DNA from: Candidatus Paceibacter sp.
GTDB taxonomy: Bacteria > Patescibacteriota > Minisyncoccia > Phycocordibacterales > BOKC01
Assembly: GCA_020724885.1 (NCBI GenBank)
Contig: DYGD01000002.1
Location: 3,038-67,037, forward strand
Direction: 5' to 3'
Length of the DNA stretch: 64,000 nucleotides
Part shown: piece by piece, positions 20,853 to 31,149 of the stretch
Layout of the letters: the number at the start of each line of letters is the position of its first letter
How positions within the stretch are numbered: the stretch's first letter is position 1
The notes under the pieces: generated by a model
Seen by the model: the letters and a program-made list of their open reading frames with translations, nothing else
What the model was told of the DNA's origin: nothing
Databases searched by the model: none
Position numbers and translations under genes: made by a program

Positions 20853-21275
20853 TTACTTCAACTCCACTTTACCTCCCGCTTCTTCCACTTTCTTCTTAAT
20901 TTCTTCCGCCTCTTCTTTCTTTACCCCTTCTTTTAGAACCTTTGGAGCGCCGTCAACCAAATCCTTTGCTTCTTTCAAACCAAGCCCCAGGACTTCCTTT
21001 ACTACCTTTATAACGGCAATCTTCTGAGCGCCACCGTCAACAAGCTCAACGTTGAAAGATGACTTCTCTTCAGCTCCGGCGGCACCCCCAGCTCCTGGAG
21101 CAGCTACCGCCACCGCAGCCGCTGAAACTCCGAATTTTTTCTCAAACAATTTGACTAGCTCGTTGAGATCCAAAACAGACATTTTTTCAATAGATTCAAC
21201 TACTGTTTTGAATTTTTCTGGAACTTCAACTTGAGTTTCTTCCTCTTTTTTTTCTTCTTTATTTTCTTCAGACAT
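20853..21275 (-). CDS. rplL: 50S ribosomal protein L7/L12
   Basis: [17 protein letters not shown] and [11 protein letters not shown] motifs. Confidence 0.97.
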   Translation of the reverse strand: MSEENKEEKKEEETQVEVPEKFKTVVESIEKMSVLDLNELVKLFEKKFGVSAAAVAVAAPGAGGAAGAEEKSSFNVELVDGGAQKIAVIKVVKEVLGLGLKEAKDLVDGAPKVLKEGVKKEEAEEIKKKVEEAGGKVELK

Positions 21276-21308
21276 GTTTTTTACTTTAAATTAATTACTT
21301 GTTAATAA

Positions 21309-21800
21309 CTATTCCCTGCCTTCCGCGATTTTGCTAATTGCTATCGCCAAGCCCTGTATAGGTGAATTGATAACGTTTACAAACTGCGCATAAAGAGTTT
21401 GCTTTGACGGAATCTTGGAAAGAGAGACCATTTCTTCTTGGCCCAAAAGTCGGCCTTCAAAAATTCCACCTGTTATCGAAAACTTATCTTTGTACTCTTT
21501 CTGGACGGCGTTTGTCTGTCGCCCCGCCTCAAGCGGTTCAACGTCTTTGGCATAAACCAAGCTAATTTCCCCCGGAAGTTCCGGAATCTCCCTAAAACCG
21601 CTTTCAGTCAAGGCCTTTTTGACCAGAGTTTTCTTCGCCACACGATAGGAGACGCCTGCTTCTTTCATTTTTCTCCTTAAAGAAGTCGTCTCCGTTACAT
21701 TTAATCCATGGAAATTAGTGAAAACCACCTCCGCCCCAGAAGCGAAAATCTTTTTCAAATCTTCAATAACAGAAAACTTTTTTTGCTTTGATACAGCCAC
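21309..21800 (-). CDS. rplJ: 50S ribosomal protein L10
   Basis: GLNV...LRRKM...YRVAKKTL motif; upstream of rplL. Confidence 0.95.
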   Translation of the reverse strand: MAVSKQKKFSVIEDLKKIFASGAEVVFTNFHGLNVTETTSLRRKMKEAGVSYRVAKKTLVKKALTESGFREIPELPGEISLVYAKDVEPLEAGRQTNAVQKEYKDKFSITGGIFEGRLLGQEEMVSLSKIPSKQTLYAQFVNVINSPIQGLAIAISKIAEGRE

Positions 21801-22080
21801 GAATAATACAATTTTAAATTAAATAACAGCTCGACCTTTTCTAATCCTTTATAATCAAGGCCGAAAACAAAAAAGAAATAACCTCGAGAGGGCTTGTTGC
21901 GAGCTTCGCTCGCATGCCTCTTGTCTTTGGCCTTATGTTTCCAATTATACAGAAAAACCTAATCTGGTCAAATTTAAACAGACAGGATAAAAATTATAAC
22001 TATACTGGCCGAGATGATTAGAAGAAAGCCGGCCAAAAAACGAAAAAAGGATCTGCTGAAATATTTCTTCATTTCAACCT

Positions 22081-22902
22081 CTAGTATACTATCTCAAACT
22101 CCCTACGGAAAGACCCACCCGGGCCGCCATGCTGTGTCGGCAAGGTGTGTTGGATGTTGGCCTCATCAACCGCACGAACCGCTTTGTTATTCAAAAAGAT
22201 TTTGGCGTCAAAAAGTTCTCCGGCAGCAGTATTTTCTCCTCGGGGCTTAACATAGACCGCAAATGTCCTCGAGCTATTTCTCGGAATAACATAAGAAAAG
22301 CCACCAAAACGGAGAGTGTATTCTCCTCTTACATCTTCAAAAAAGTCACCCGGTTTCGGGTCAATACTCACCAATGTCTTGCCACCAGCTACCAAAGTGA
22401 TCTCTTCAGCGTAGCGCCAAATTTTTTTGTCAAAGGTAACATCAACACGTCTAACCTCAATATCAGAACGCATCGGTTTAACCACAAAAGACAGCAGGGT
22501 GCTTCTGAAACTATTGCCAATATTCATTCTTACCGAATAAGCACTGTAACTTGGCTCCAACACCACCACAGCTTCACGGCTGGAAATTGGCGGTGCAAAA
22601 CCTTGCCCCGAAAAAATGCCCAGAACCTGGCCTTGAGGATAAAACTGCACAAAATTCAGCGACGCCTCTTGAATAAGAGAATTGAGAACTATAGAGATTC
22701 TCTGAATTTCCGGCTTGGCCGATTCAGGAGTTATCCTGCCTGATTGAATATCGTTGCTTAAATTTGCCAACATCAAAGAGACAACCCCCAATTCTCTTTG
22801 AAGTTCGGATAGAGAAATTGTGGCTTCTGCCTTTTTAGAATCAAAAGATACGAAAACTACAAAAATGGCCAAAAACAAAGTTAATTTTCCTAAATTTTCC
22901 AT
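22081..22902 (-). CDS. Secreted beta-rich hypothetical protein
   Basis: Signal peptide; C-terminal domain resembles the first beta domain of 24595-26643 (SDIEVRRVDV vs SDIAVQRVKL; AVRAVDEANI vs GVRGVDGAGI). Confidence 0.75.
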   Translation of the reverse strand: MENLGKLTLFLAIFVVFVSFDSKKAEATISLSELQRELGVVSLMLANLSNDIQSGRITPESAKPEIQRISIVLNSLIQEASLNFVQFYPQGQVLGIFSGQGFAPPISSREAVVVLEPSYSAYSVRMNIGNSFRSTLLSFVVKPMRSDIEVRRVDVTFDKKIWRYAEEITLVAGGKTLVSIDPKPGDFFEDVRGEYTLRFGGFSYVIPRNSSRTFAVYVKPRGENTAAGELFDAKIFLNNKAVRAVDEANIQHTLPTQHGGPGGSFRREFEIVY

Positions 22903-22970
22903 AATTTACATTATACACCATCAGAGATAAAAAGTCAATTTTGAAGACGAAATGCGATAAAATTCAACGC

Positions 22971-22999
22971 ACAAAACCCCCGCTTGAGCGGGGGTTTTG
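22971..22999. terminator. Intrinsic terminator-like hairpin
   Basis: CAAAACCCCCGC-TTGA-GCGGGGGTTTTG. Confidence 0.7.
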
Positions 23000-23040
23000 T
23001 GCGTTTTTTCTTTCACAAGCGAACAACAAATTTTATTGAT

Positions 23041-24285
23041 CTATTTTCCGTTTTTCTTTTTGAAAAGCCAGAAAACCACAAGCGCGACAACAATGGCTAG
23101 AATGATCCAAACCCAGAGAGAATTCCTTTTCCCACCGCTTTCGTTATCACCAGTCACGTTTTCAGACAGACCTTCCTGCGACAACACTTCTTCTTCAATT
23201 GGAGCTCCCTCGTTTAAAACTTGGGCTTCAACAAATTCCCCCAAAACAGAACCCGATTCTATCGTTGAGCCAGAATCCGGTATCTGTGCCAGTTTTTTAT
23301 CAAGTTCTGACTGGAGCAGAGCTATAAGTTGACTTAATAAATCAATCAAATCTGAACGAATTTCGTCCAAATAATCTCCGGAGTATGCGCCCAGGACAGA
23401 CCCGCCAGGATTAAAAGCGAAACCACCGGAACTAGAAGAACCGCCACCCGAAGAACCGCTATCGCCGTCGCCATCACCGCCATCATCATCGTCATCGTTA
23501 GAACCGCCACCCTTGCCGTCATCAATTTCTATCCCATCAACCGGCCCGTCTGCCTCACCGTCTTCGCTGCCACCTGGATCAGGAAAGACATACTCCATTC
23601 CGTCTCTGCAATCCTGCCAGACGACTAGGAAATAATCCAGGTCGTCTGATTCTAAAGAACCACTTTCGTTAAAATCAGCCGATTTTTCACCGGCATTATA
23701 GGCATTAAGAAAAGCTAAGATATCCAAAGAATTATAGACCCCATCGCCGTTAAAATCTGCTCGCAGGCAGTCCTTGCAATCAATCCATGAATCTAAGAAT
23801 AGGTGAAAATCGGCTTCATCTACAACCCCATTCCCATCCATATCTGTGGACAAATCCTCCACGTTCCAAGCATTCAGAAAATCCAGAATATCCCTGGAAT
23901 CAACCACCAAATCTCCGTTAAAGTCAGCCACAAAACACTGCGATGGCAGTTCTTCATCCTCTTCTCCACTACCTCCACCCAAAACGGGGTTTGTAATCAC
24001 AGAAGCTACAGGTGGTGGTTCTGATAGATTGGTATCCGAATCAAATCCCTCTTGATCAATTGTTCCGACTGGCAACTCTGGCGATCCGAAAAGATCTTCT
24101 TGTTGCTCGCTGTCTGTCAAGATCTGTGATTCTTCTATCGCTGATATCGCCAACTCAACAGGTGTCAATTCTGCGGTCTTGTCTGGGGCAACTGACGACA
24201 GTTCCGCTCCCGAAAATGCTGGCAATGAGACAACCGAAAGAGCCACAACAAAGAAAATCGCTAGCTTAAATTTTTTATCTTTCAT
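23041..24285 (-). CDS. Surface protein with two GC-type dockerin-like (EF-hand pair) domains and a C-terminal membrane anchor
   Basis: Signal peptide; two units of C..ADFNGD....D.L.FLNAW/Y.....D......D...F...W..C; Gly/Asp/Ser linker; TM helix followed by KKK. Confidence 0.8.
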   Translation of the reverse strand: MKDKKFKLAIFFVVALSVVSLPAFSGAELSSVAPDKTAELTPVELAISAIEESQILTDSEQQEDLFGSPELPVGTIDQEGFDSDTNLSEPPPVASVITNPVLGGGSGEEDEELPSQCFVADFNGDLVVDSRDILDFLNAWNVEDLSTDMDGNGVVDEADFHLFLDSWIDCKDCLRADFNGDGVYNSLDILAFLNAYNAGEKSADFNESGSLESDDLDYFLVVWQDCRDGMEYVFPDPGGSEDGEADGPVDGIEIDDGKGGGSNDDDDDGGDGDGDSGSSGGGSSSSGGFAFNPGGSVLGAYSGDYLDEIRSDLIDLLSQLIALLQSELDKKLAQIPDSGSTIESGSVLGEFVEAQVLNEGAPIEEEVLSQEGLSENVTGDNESGGKRNSLWVWIILAIVVALVVFWLFKKKNGK

Positions 24286-24467
24286 AATTTTTAGTGTGCT
24301 AATAATAATTTCTACTTTTCCCTTAATGAGCCAGAGACGAACCAGCTCAATTCAAAAAGGGCACTATCAATAAAGACCACTTTTACATTAAAGCAAATGG
24401 CAAAAAAAATCAACTATGGGGGTATTGCCGAGATTATAGAAGACCGCTATTCAGGTAAGGTTTCAAA

Positions 24468-24541
24468 AACAAAAAACCCCGCTTTCGCGGGGTTTTTTGT
24501 TGGCCACAGCCACGATTTTGCTTCGCAAAATCGTGGCTGGG
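24468..24541. terminator. Bidirectional terminator followed by a palindrome
   Basis: AACAAAAAACCCCGC-TTTC-GCGGGGTTTTTTGTT, then CAGCCACGATTTTGC-TTC-GCAAAATCGTGGCTG. Confidence 0.7.
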
Positions 24542-24594
24542 CTTTGGCTTAGAACGCCCTTACAGAGAACGAGCTAAGCGCGAATTCCAAAGCT

Positions 24595-26643
24595 TTACGG
24601 GAAGGTTACATCAGATGTCCTCCAGTCAGATTCTCCGTCCATGAAGGTTGCGTTCGCGACGCTTGTTTCGCCAGCTGCTACCCAGTTTGCTCTTGAGAAT
24701 TGCATTGCATACAATCCCGAAGTAAACGCGGTTCCAGCAGAAGTTCTACCTTGCAGTTGAGCGGTGATATCAAAAGATATCGTAGTTCCTTCGCTCAATC
24801 GGCAAGTGTTTGTTCCTTCAGAGACGCACTGTGAAGGAAGAGTGTAGGCGGTTGAAGTCGCGGCAGAACTTAATGTGGCATCATGAGCGCCGTTTCTGTA
24901 AACCTTGAAGCTCGGAGTTACGTCAGAACCGCTTGAGAAGAACGGTGCTGTGGTTGAGGCCGGGCCTCCGATCAAAACATCGCCTCCTCTGGCAGTTACT
25001 GAAACCCTAAAGGTTGCAGTAATCGTGGAAGTTGACAAGCTATCCCCGCTACTACCTTGAGGTACTCCCGAAGTTGTCACGCTCCTTGAACTCAAAGAGA
25101 TCTCCAGACCAACATTTCTGACAGATTGAGTGAAGCCGGTTACGGTTCCAGACATAGAAGCGTTATCTCCTTTTGAGTTTTCAGCAACAACTGCGTTAGC
25201 CCCAGAAGTTGAAACCGTGCCGTGGAAAGTGGCCGGGGTTGCGTCAGCATTCCTGACATCAATCTTTACAGTAAGGGTCTTGGTTGAATCTTTAGGAATT
25301 ACAAAATCAATGTCAGAGAAAGTGGCAACACTGCTTGTAACCGAAGCGCTGTCTATTTCGGTATTACCGTCATAAAGATAAGCGGTCTGCGCTGTTGCGG
25401 CGCCAGCACCACCCTTTACTACTCCGACCGGAAGGTCAGTGATGGTAATATCGTCTTTTTCGGCTTTAACGTCAAACGAGAACAAAGTCATTTTGTCTAA
25501 CTCATCATCGTTTGAACCGTCAGAAGCAACGACTTCGGCTTTCTTTGCAGAGTTGGCGTTCAAAGACACTTTCAAAGTGGCTGAATCAGACAAGGCCTTT
25601 GACAAGGTGACTGTTCTTGAGACATCAGAGCCGGTTGACGGGCTGTATTGGTTGATACCGGCTCCATCAACACCTCTTACTCCGTCGTTGGCCAATCTAA
25701 CTCTGCCTCTAGCTGAATCAGCATTGATGTTAGTTACATCGCTGGAATCAAAAGTTCCGTGGGTGTCAGCTTTGATAACAAGAGTCCTTGAATTGCCAAC
25801 TGGTACCAGAAGATTGAAGCCGGTGATTGTGACATAGTAGGTGCTTCCTTCTTTAACAACATTTGAAGAATTCAAGTCAAAAGAAGTCAAAACATTGCTT
25901 CCGTCAGTAACATGAAATCTTCTGTAGATTTTGTTGTAGATTTCGGTGTTAGTTCCAAGATCCAACTTTACTCTTTGAACCGCAATGTCAGAATTCTTTG
26001 CTTCAATTTTCATTCCAAGAATAGGAGCCATTGTGTCTCCTTCATACAAGGTTGAGATCAACCCGGCATTTGAAGAAGAAACGGTCAATGTTCCTTCAAC
26101 TCCCGGAGTAGTGATTCCGGTAGAACCACCGGTAGTTTCTTGTTCACATCTGAAACCTGCTGGTTGCAAAGGAACTTCAACAAATCCGGCTGGACAATTT
26201 CCACTTCCGCTTCCGCTTGAACCAGATCCAGAGCTAGAACCCGCTACATCGGCATATCTTGCCCGTGAGATTGGTCCGAAGAATCCAACGGCCGGAGAAA
26301 CTCCATTAGCGGCTTGCCATGCGGCAACAGCAGCTTGAGTTTGGCTTCCGAAATATCCGGTAGCCCCGGCTGGAATACTGAATCCAGCGCTAATAAGGTA
26401 GTTCTGCAAGCAAGTTACATCGGCTCCACTTGAGCCAACAGTCAAGCTTCTAGAGAAGGAGCAAGCGCCTGAAGAACCGGAGCCACCCCCTTGCAGAGCT
26501 GCTAGTTGCGACTGCAGTTGCGCAATCAACGCCTTCAGATCATCAACTGTCTGAGCTTGAGCGTCGTTTGTGGCGACTCCAATGGCGCCAAAGACCATCA
26601 CGAGACCCAACAAACCTGCGACTATTTTAAATTTTAAACTCAT
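24595..26643 (-). CDS. Large secreted Ser/Thr/Gly-rich surface protein with peptidoglycan-binding domain
   Basis: Signal peptide, LIAQLQSQLAALQ coiled coil, and FSRSLTVGSSGADVTCLQ...GYFGSQTQAAVAAWQ PG-binding motif. Confidence 0.85.
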   Translation of the reverse strand: MSLKFKIVAGLLGLVMVFGAIGVATNDAQAQTVDDLKALIAQLQSQLAALQGGGSGSSGACSFSRSLTVGSSGADVTCLQNYLISAGFSIPAGATGYFGSQTQAAVAAWQAANGVSPAVGFFGPISRARYADVAGSSSGSGSSGSGSGNCPAGFVEVPLQPAGFRCEQETTGGSTGITTPGVEGTLTVSSSNAGLISTLYEGDTMAPILGMKIEAKNSDIAVQRVKLDLGTNTEIYNKIYRRFHVTDGSNVLTSFDLNSSNVVKEGSTYYVTITGFNLLVPVGNSRTLVIKADTHGTFDSSDVTNINADSARGRVRLANDGVRGVDGAGINQYSPSTGSDVSRTVTLSKALSDSATLKVSLNANSAKKAEVVASDGSNDDELDKMTLFSFDVKAEKDDITITDLPVGVVKGGAGAATAQTAYLYDGNTEIDSASVTSSVATFSDIDFVIPKDSTKTLTVKIDVRNADATPATFHGTVSTSGANAVVAENSKGDNASMSGTVTGFTQSVRNVGLEISLSSRSVTTSGVPQGSSGDSLSTSTITATFRVSVTARGGDVLIGGPASTTAPFFSSGSDVTPSFKVYRNGAHDATLSSAATSTAYTLPSQCVSEGTNTCRLSEGTTISFDITAQLQGRTSAGTAFTSGLYAMQFSRANWVAAGETSVANATFMDGESDWRTSDVTFP

Positions 26644-26753
26644 TTTTAATAATTATTCTCTCTCCGTTTACTGATAAAGTTTTTGGAGAGAAACTTATAA
26701 CTAATAACTAACCGAACTTCGACAAAAGCCCGGCTTTGTGCTGATAAATTTCC

Positions 26754-26803
26754 TTTCCAGCACCAGTTTTGGGTTCGCGCGAACCCAAAACTGGTGCTGG
26801 AAA
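26754..26803. repeat. Perfect 50-bp palindrome
   Basis: TTTCCAGCACCAGTTTTGGGTTCGC|GCGAACCCAAAACTGGTGCTGGAAA. Confidence 0.9.
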
Positions 26804-27345
26804 CTGACTAATAATTTTTAACTAATTTTTAGATTTTCTCGACTTAAGCAAATCTAAAAAAATTAGTTTACAAATTTTTAACTGAAATCCAGAAGATCAG
26901 TAATTAAGCAGAGTCAACGGTCATTTCAGAAAATTTTAATTAACAATTTTTAATTTTTCAGAATATTTAATTTTCAAAGGACACAACCATTCAGCCCGCC
27001 AGTAATCCTCTAAATAAACAAGACCAATCAGGCAAACAATTAAGACGTTGGCGACTTGCATTACTTACAGAATTCACAATCTTCTTGACGCATCCAACAC
27101 AAAACCAGTATATCACAAAATACGCCAAAAACAAGCAGTGCGGCAAAAACTGTCCGAACTTAAATCCTTGCTAAATTTTACACCAAGAAGGTTGCTATAT
27201 CCAAAAGATTTAGTGTGGATAACTTAAAGATAACTTAAACTAGGGTTCAGGGTTTAGCCACTAACCAATAGGGAAGCACAAGTGGAACCTTCTGCTACTA
27301 GTCGCCAGTGGCTAGTGGCTAAATCCTAGTCGACAGTGGCTAGCC

Positions 27346-28218
27346 CTAGAGATTCAATGAATACCTACTCCAACGACGCTCCCCTTCTTTCTTCAAAACT
27401 CCGCCATTTACCATCAAAATAAGCTCTCTTTGTATAGTTTTTTCACTACAGTCCTTTATTTTGTCTGATATGTCCTTTATAGATGCTTCTTTGATGTCTT
27501 TTATCACATCTAGAATTTTAATTTGTCTTTTATTTTTTCTGTCTTTCTTTTCAACCCTATTCATTAAATGCCCATTATCCACAACCTTGCGCGTCGGAAC
27601 AGCCAGGTTGTCTAATGGATCTCCATAGTCAATCTTTTTCAGATCTTTTCCAATATCCAAACCCGACAACTTAGCGCCAGATGATTCATTCCGTGAATTA
27701 AAATCAGACGGACCCTCCGGAGACAAATCTAAAGCTTCCTCTTCTATTTCTAAGCCATCTACGTAAGATCTGGCTAATTCAAAAAGCTTTTCCAACTCAC
27801 TTTTTATAACTCTAAAATTCATTTCAGAAACAAGTCCGGAAAGAAAAGACGTCTCTAACAAAGAAGAGATCTTTAAGAGATCCGACCTCCAAATCTCCAA
27901 CCATTGTTTTTTGCCATTTTTTACAACTCCGTTTTTAATAGAAGAAGAAGAATTTAAAATCCCCAACGCGCTCTTCTTAAGGCCGATCCTTAACGGCTCA
28001 CCGGTGTCCAATAGACCCGTCAAAAGATAGACAGCCGATACAACCCTTACTGTCTTTTTGTGGAACGAAGAAAGTTTATCGTCCTTTAGATTTATTAATC
28101 TGTCCTTTAAAGAAATCTGATTTCCGCCTTCGTAATTAAGGGTATTTTCTGGGTATCTTTTTATTTGTCCTTTTTCTGACATATTGTGTCCTTTTAAAAA
28201 GCTCTGGTAAAAAAACAA
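27346..28218 (-). CDS. Hypothetical protein with C-terminal DeoR-like winged HTH
   Basis: C-terminal SIKDI...CSEKTIQREL..V..GVLKKEGERRWSRY; start uncertain. Confidence 0.8.
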   Translation of the reverse strand: MFFYQSFLKGHNMSEKGQIKRYPENTLNYEGGNQISLKDRLINLKDDKLSSFHKKTVRVVSAVYLLTGLLDTGEPLRIGLKKSALGILNSSSSIKNGVVKNGKKQWLEIWRSDLLKISSLLETSFLSGLVSEMNFRVIKSELEKLFELARSYVDGLEIEEEALDLSPEGPSDFNSRNESSGAKLSGLDIGKDLKKIDYGDPLDNLAVPTRKVVDNGHLMNRVEKKDRKNKRQIKILDVIKDIKEASIKDISDKIKDCSEKTIQRELILMVNGGVLKKEGERRWSRYSLNL

Positions 28219-28484
28219 ATGTCTTTTTAAATTTTTGGAAACTTTGAAAAAGACATTATATTCATAAAAGACAACAATTGCAAGGTTTCATCTTAATCCT
28301 ATAAAAAAGCCTGCTCCGACCGAGTGCATGATTAAAGATTTCGCCTTATCGCAGGGCAATCACACAGGAATCTAAAAGATAAAAAGATGAATAGATCACG
28401 GGTCCGGAGCCGAATCCGTGTGGGGTTTTGTGTGTTATCATTGTATTGATTATCTAAAATGTTTAAACCAAAAAATATTTTAAA

Positions 28485-30695
28485 ATGGGCAAAAAAAGGA
28501 AGAAAAACATTAAACGAGATTCGGAAAGATATTCATTTATCCGGACAGAAACATTCCAAAGTATATTAGCGGTCTTAATGTTTGTTGCCGCAATTTTCAT
28601 CTCTTTGGCTTTTTTTGGAAAAGCCGGAGTGGTTGGTGCCACTGTCGCAAAAATACTAAAACCTTTACTCGGGTGGGGTTATTTTATTTTGCCACTGATA
28701 TTCATCATTATCGGAGCGTCTTTCCTACTATCCGTTCAGAAGAGAATCGCCCTACCTCAAATTCTAGGGGGCGTGTTGTTTTTTCTCTCTGGTATGGGGG
28801 CGCTGGAGATAATTTTTGAAGATAAGGGTGGAAAAATCGGTGGATTAGTAGCTGCCCCCACGTTAAAACTTTTTGATGTTTTGGTGGCAACGATTTTATT
28901 GTTTTCGCTTATCATCATATCTCTAATTATTATCTTTGAATCAAAACTGAGATTTCTATACTTTCTGAATCTTTTTGTAAACCTAAAGAAGTTCTTTTCT
29001 AAAGATAAAGGGGAAAGTGACCACGAGATTGATAATGTCAAAATCAATGGAAATGTTGAAACCCAGAATGCAGAGAACGACCAAGACGAAAACGAAAACT
29101 CAAAACAAATAAAAGAAAGTCCCAAGAAAGACGGGGATAAAAAATCTGCTGCCAGCAAAAAAACCGATGACGACATTTCCATCAATCTCAACAAAGTCAG
29201 TATAAGTGGGATGGTTTACAAGGCGCCGACACTCGACCTCTTGTCCCGTGATACCGGCAAGCCGGGTGTCGGCGACATTAAGGCCAACGCAAATATCATT
29301 AAAAGAACGCTCCAGAATTTCGGTATCCATGTGGAGATGGACGAAATAACGATTGGACCAACCGTTACTCGCTACGCCTTAAAGCCGGCTGAAGGCGTTA
29401 AACTTTCCAGGATTGTCGGACTGCAAAACGACTTGGCTCTGGCTCTAGCCGCCCATCCAATTAGAATAGAAGCCCCAATTCCGGGCAAATCGCTGGTTGG
29501 AATTGAAATACCGAACAGCATAAAAACCACAGTTGGTCTTGGCAGTATTCTTTCCGAAAAAGATTTTCAAAACTCTCCGAAACCTCTTTTCATCGCCTTG
29601 GGCAAAGCAATCTCGGGTAAAGCCCACTTTGATGATGTCGCCAGAATGCCACACCTGCTTATCGCCGGTGCAACCGGTAGTGGCAAAAGCGTGATGGTCC
29701 ATTCGCTTATCACTTCCCTGCTTTACAGAAATTCTCCAGAAAATTTGAAACTTATTCTGATTGACCCAAAAAGAGTGGAACTAACTTTATACAACAAAAT
29801 TCCGCACCTTCTAACTCCGGTTTTGACCGATCCCAAAAAAGCTATACTAGCTCTGAAATGGGCGGCTAAAGAGATGGATCGGCGCTACGATATTTTGGAA
29901 GCCGAAAAGGTCAGAGACATCGGTTCTTACCACAAAAATGTCTTGGAGCCGGCTTTGAAAAAACAAAAGGGTGGGGCCGGTGACACTGATTTGCCGGAAG
30001 CAATGCCTTATATTGTTGTCGTCATAGACGAATTGGCCGACATAATGACCAATTACCCGCGTGAAATGGAAGCGGCCGTGGTCCGTTTGGCGCAAATGTC
30101 CAGAGCGGTCGGCATTCACCTTGTTTTATCCACCCAGAGACCTTCAGTCAATGTCATCACCGGACTTATAAAAGCCAACATCCCGACAAGAATAGCGCTC
30201 CAGGTCGCCAGCCAGATTGACTCCCGCACTATTCTTGATATGGCTGGAGCAGAAAAACTCTTGGGGGCCGGCGATATGCTGTTCCTCTCAAGCGAAATGT
30301 CAAAGCCACACAGAATTCAAACGGCATACATTTCGGAAACAGAAGTAAAAGAAGTCGTCAAATTTATATCTGAAAATAATCCAAGCGACGGTATGTCTTT
30401 AGATATCAACCTTGAGACAGCCCAGAGCGCCGTTGAAATTGGCACCGACGGAGGCGACGGCGAGGAGGATGATCTCTACGAAGAAGCCCGAGAGCTGGTC
30501 TTAAAGGCAGGCAAGGCCTCTACTTCTTATCTGCAAAGACGTCTAAGAATCGGCTATGCCAGGGCCGCCCGGTTGATTGATATGTTAGAAGAAAGAGGTG
30601 TGGTCGGCGCCGGTGAGGGCTCAAAACCGCGCGAAGTTTTGTCAGCAAACAATGGCGGTCAGGTGCCAGAAGAAGATGACCTTCAATATAATTAA
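28485..30695 (+). CDS. ftsK: DNA translocase FtsK
   Basis: N-terminal TMs, PHLLIAGATGSGKS, IDELADIM and gamma domain LQRRLRIGYARAARLID. Confidence 0.97.
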   Translation: MGKKRKKNIKRDSERYSFIRTETFQSILAVLMFVAAIFISLAFFGKAGVVGATVAKILKPLLGWGYFILPLIFIIIGASFLLSVQKRIALPQILGGVLFFLSGMGALEIIFEDKGGKIGGLVAAPTLKLFDVLVATILLFSLIIISLIIIFESKLRFLYFLNLFVNLKKFFSKDKGESDHEIDNVKINGNVETQNAENDQDENENSKQIKESPKKDGDKKSAASKKTDDDISINLNKVSISGMVYKAPTLDLLSRDTGKPGVGDIKANANIIKRTLQNFGIHVEMDEITIGPTVTRYALKPAEGVKLSRIVGLQNDLALALAAHPIRIEAPIPGKSLVGIEIPNSIKTTVGLGSILSEKDFQNSPKPLFIALGKAISGKAHFDDVARMPHLLIAGATGSGKSVMVHSLITSLLYRNSPENLKLILIDPKRVELTLYNKIPHLLTPVLTDPKKAILALKWAAKEMDRRYDILEAEKVRDIGSYHKNVLEPALKKQKGGAGDTDLPEAMPYIVVVIDELADIMTNYPREMEAAVVRLAQMSRAVGIHLVLSTQRPSVNVITGLIKANIPTRIALQVASQIDSRTILDMAGAEKLLGAGDMLFLSSEMSKPHRIQTAYISETEVKEVVKFISENNPSDGMSLDINLETAQSAVEIGTDGGDGEEDDLYEEARELVLKAGKASTSYLQRRLRIGYARAARLIDMLEERGVVGAGEGSKPREVLSANNGGQVPEEDDLQYN

Positions 30696-30696
30696 A

Positions 30697-31074
30697 ATGA
30701 ATAGAGGTAAAGATTTCCAAGTAAAAAATGCTCTGACGCTCTTGTTTATTTTAATAATCGCCGGCTATTCCCTCTTTGAGGCCAGAGGTATAATTAGCGG
30801 GCCATCATTAGAAGTCCACGAACCAAAAAATGGCAGCGGATTTAAACAAAGCTTGATGACAGTTTCCGGCACGGCAAAAAAAATAGTTTTTTTAAGCATA
30901 AACGATCATCCGACTTCAACCGATGAAAAAGGCGGGTTTGAGGAGAGGGTTCTTTTGGCGCCGGGATACAATACCCTAAAAGTAAAAGTCGAGGACAGGT
31001 TGGGGCGAGAAAAGATAAAAATATACGAATTGGTGTATAATTTAGAAAATAACACGACACTAATCCACGAATGA
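30697..31074 (+). CDS. Small membrane-anchored Ig-like protein
   Basis: TM helix plus GP.L.V..P...V.G...GYN motif; ATG 2 nt after the ftsK stop. Confidence 0.7.
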   Translation: MNRGKDFQVKNALTLLFILIIAGYSLFEARGIISGPSLEVHEPKNGSGFKQSLMTVSGTAKKIVFLSINDHPTSTDEKGGFEERVLLAPGYNTLKVKVEDRLGREKIKIYELVYNLENNTTLIHE

Positions 31075-31149
31075 GCACGAATAACGCGAATAGAAATTTG
31101 TGTCATTCGTCTGCCGAAGGCGGGCAGGTAAATTTGTGTCAAGATAATT

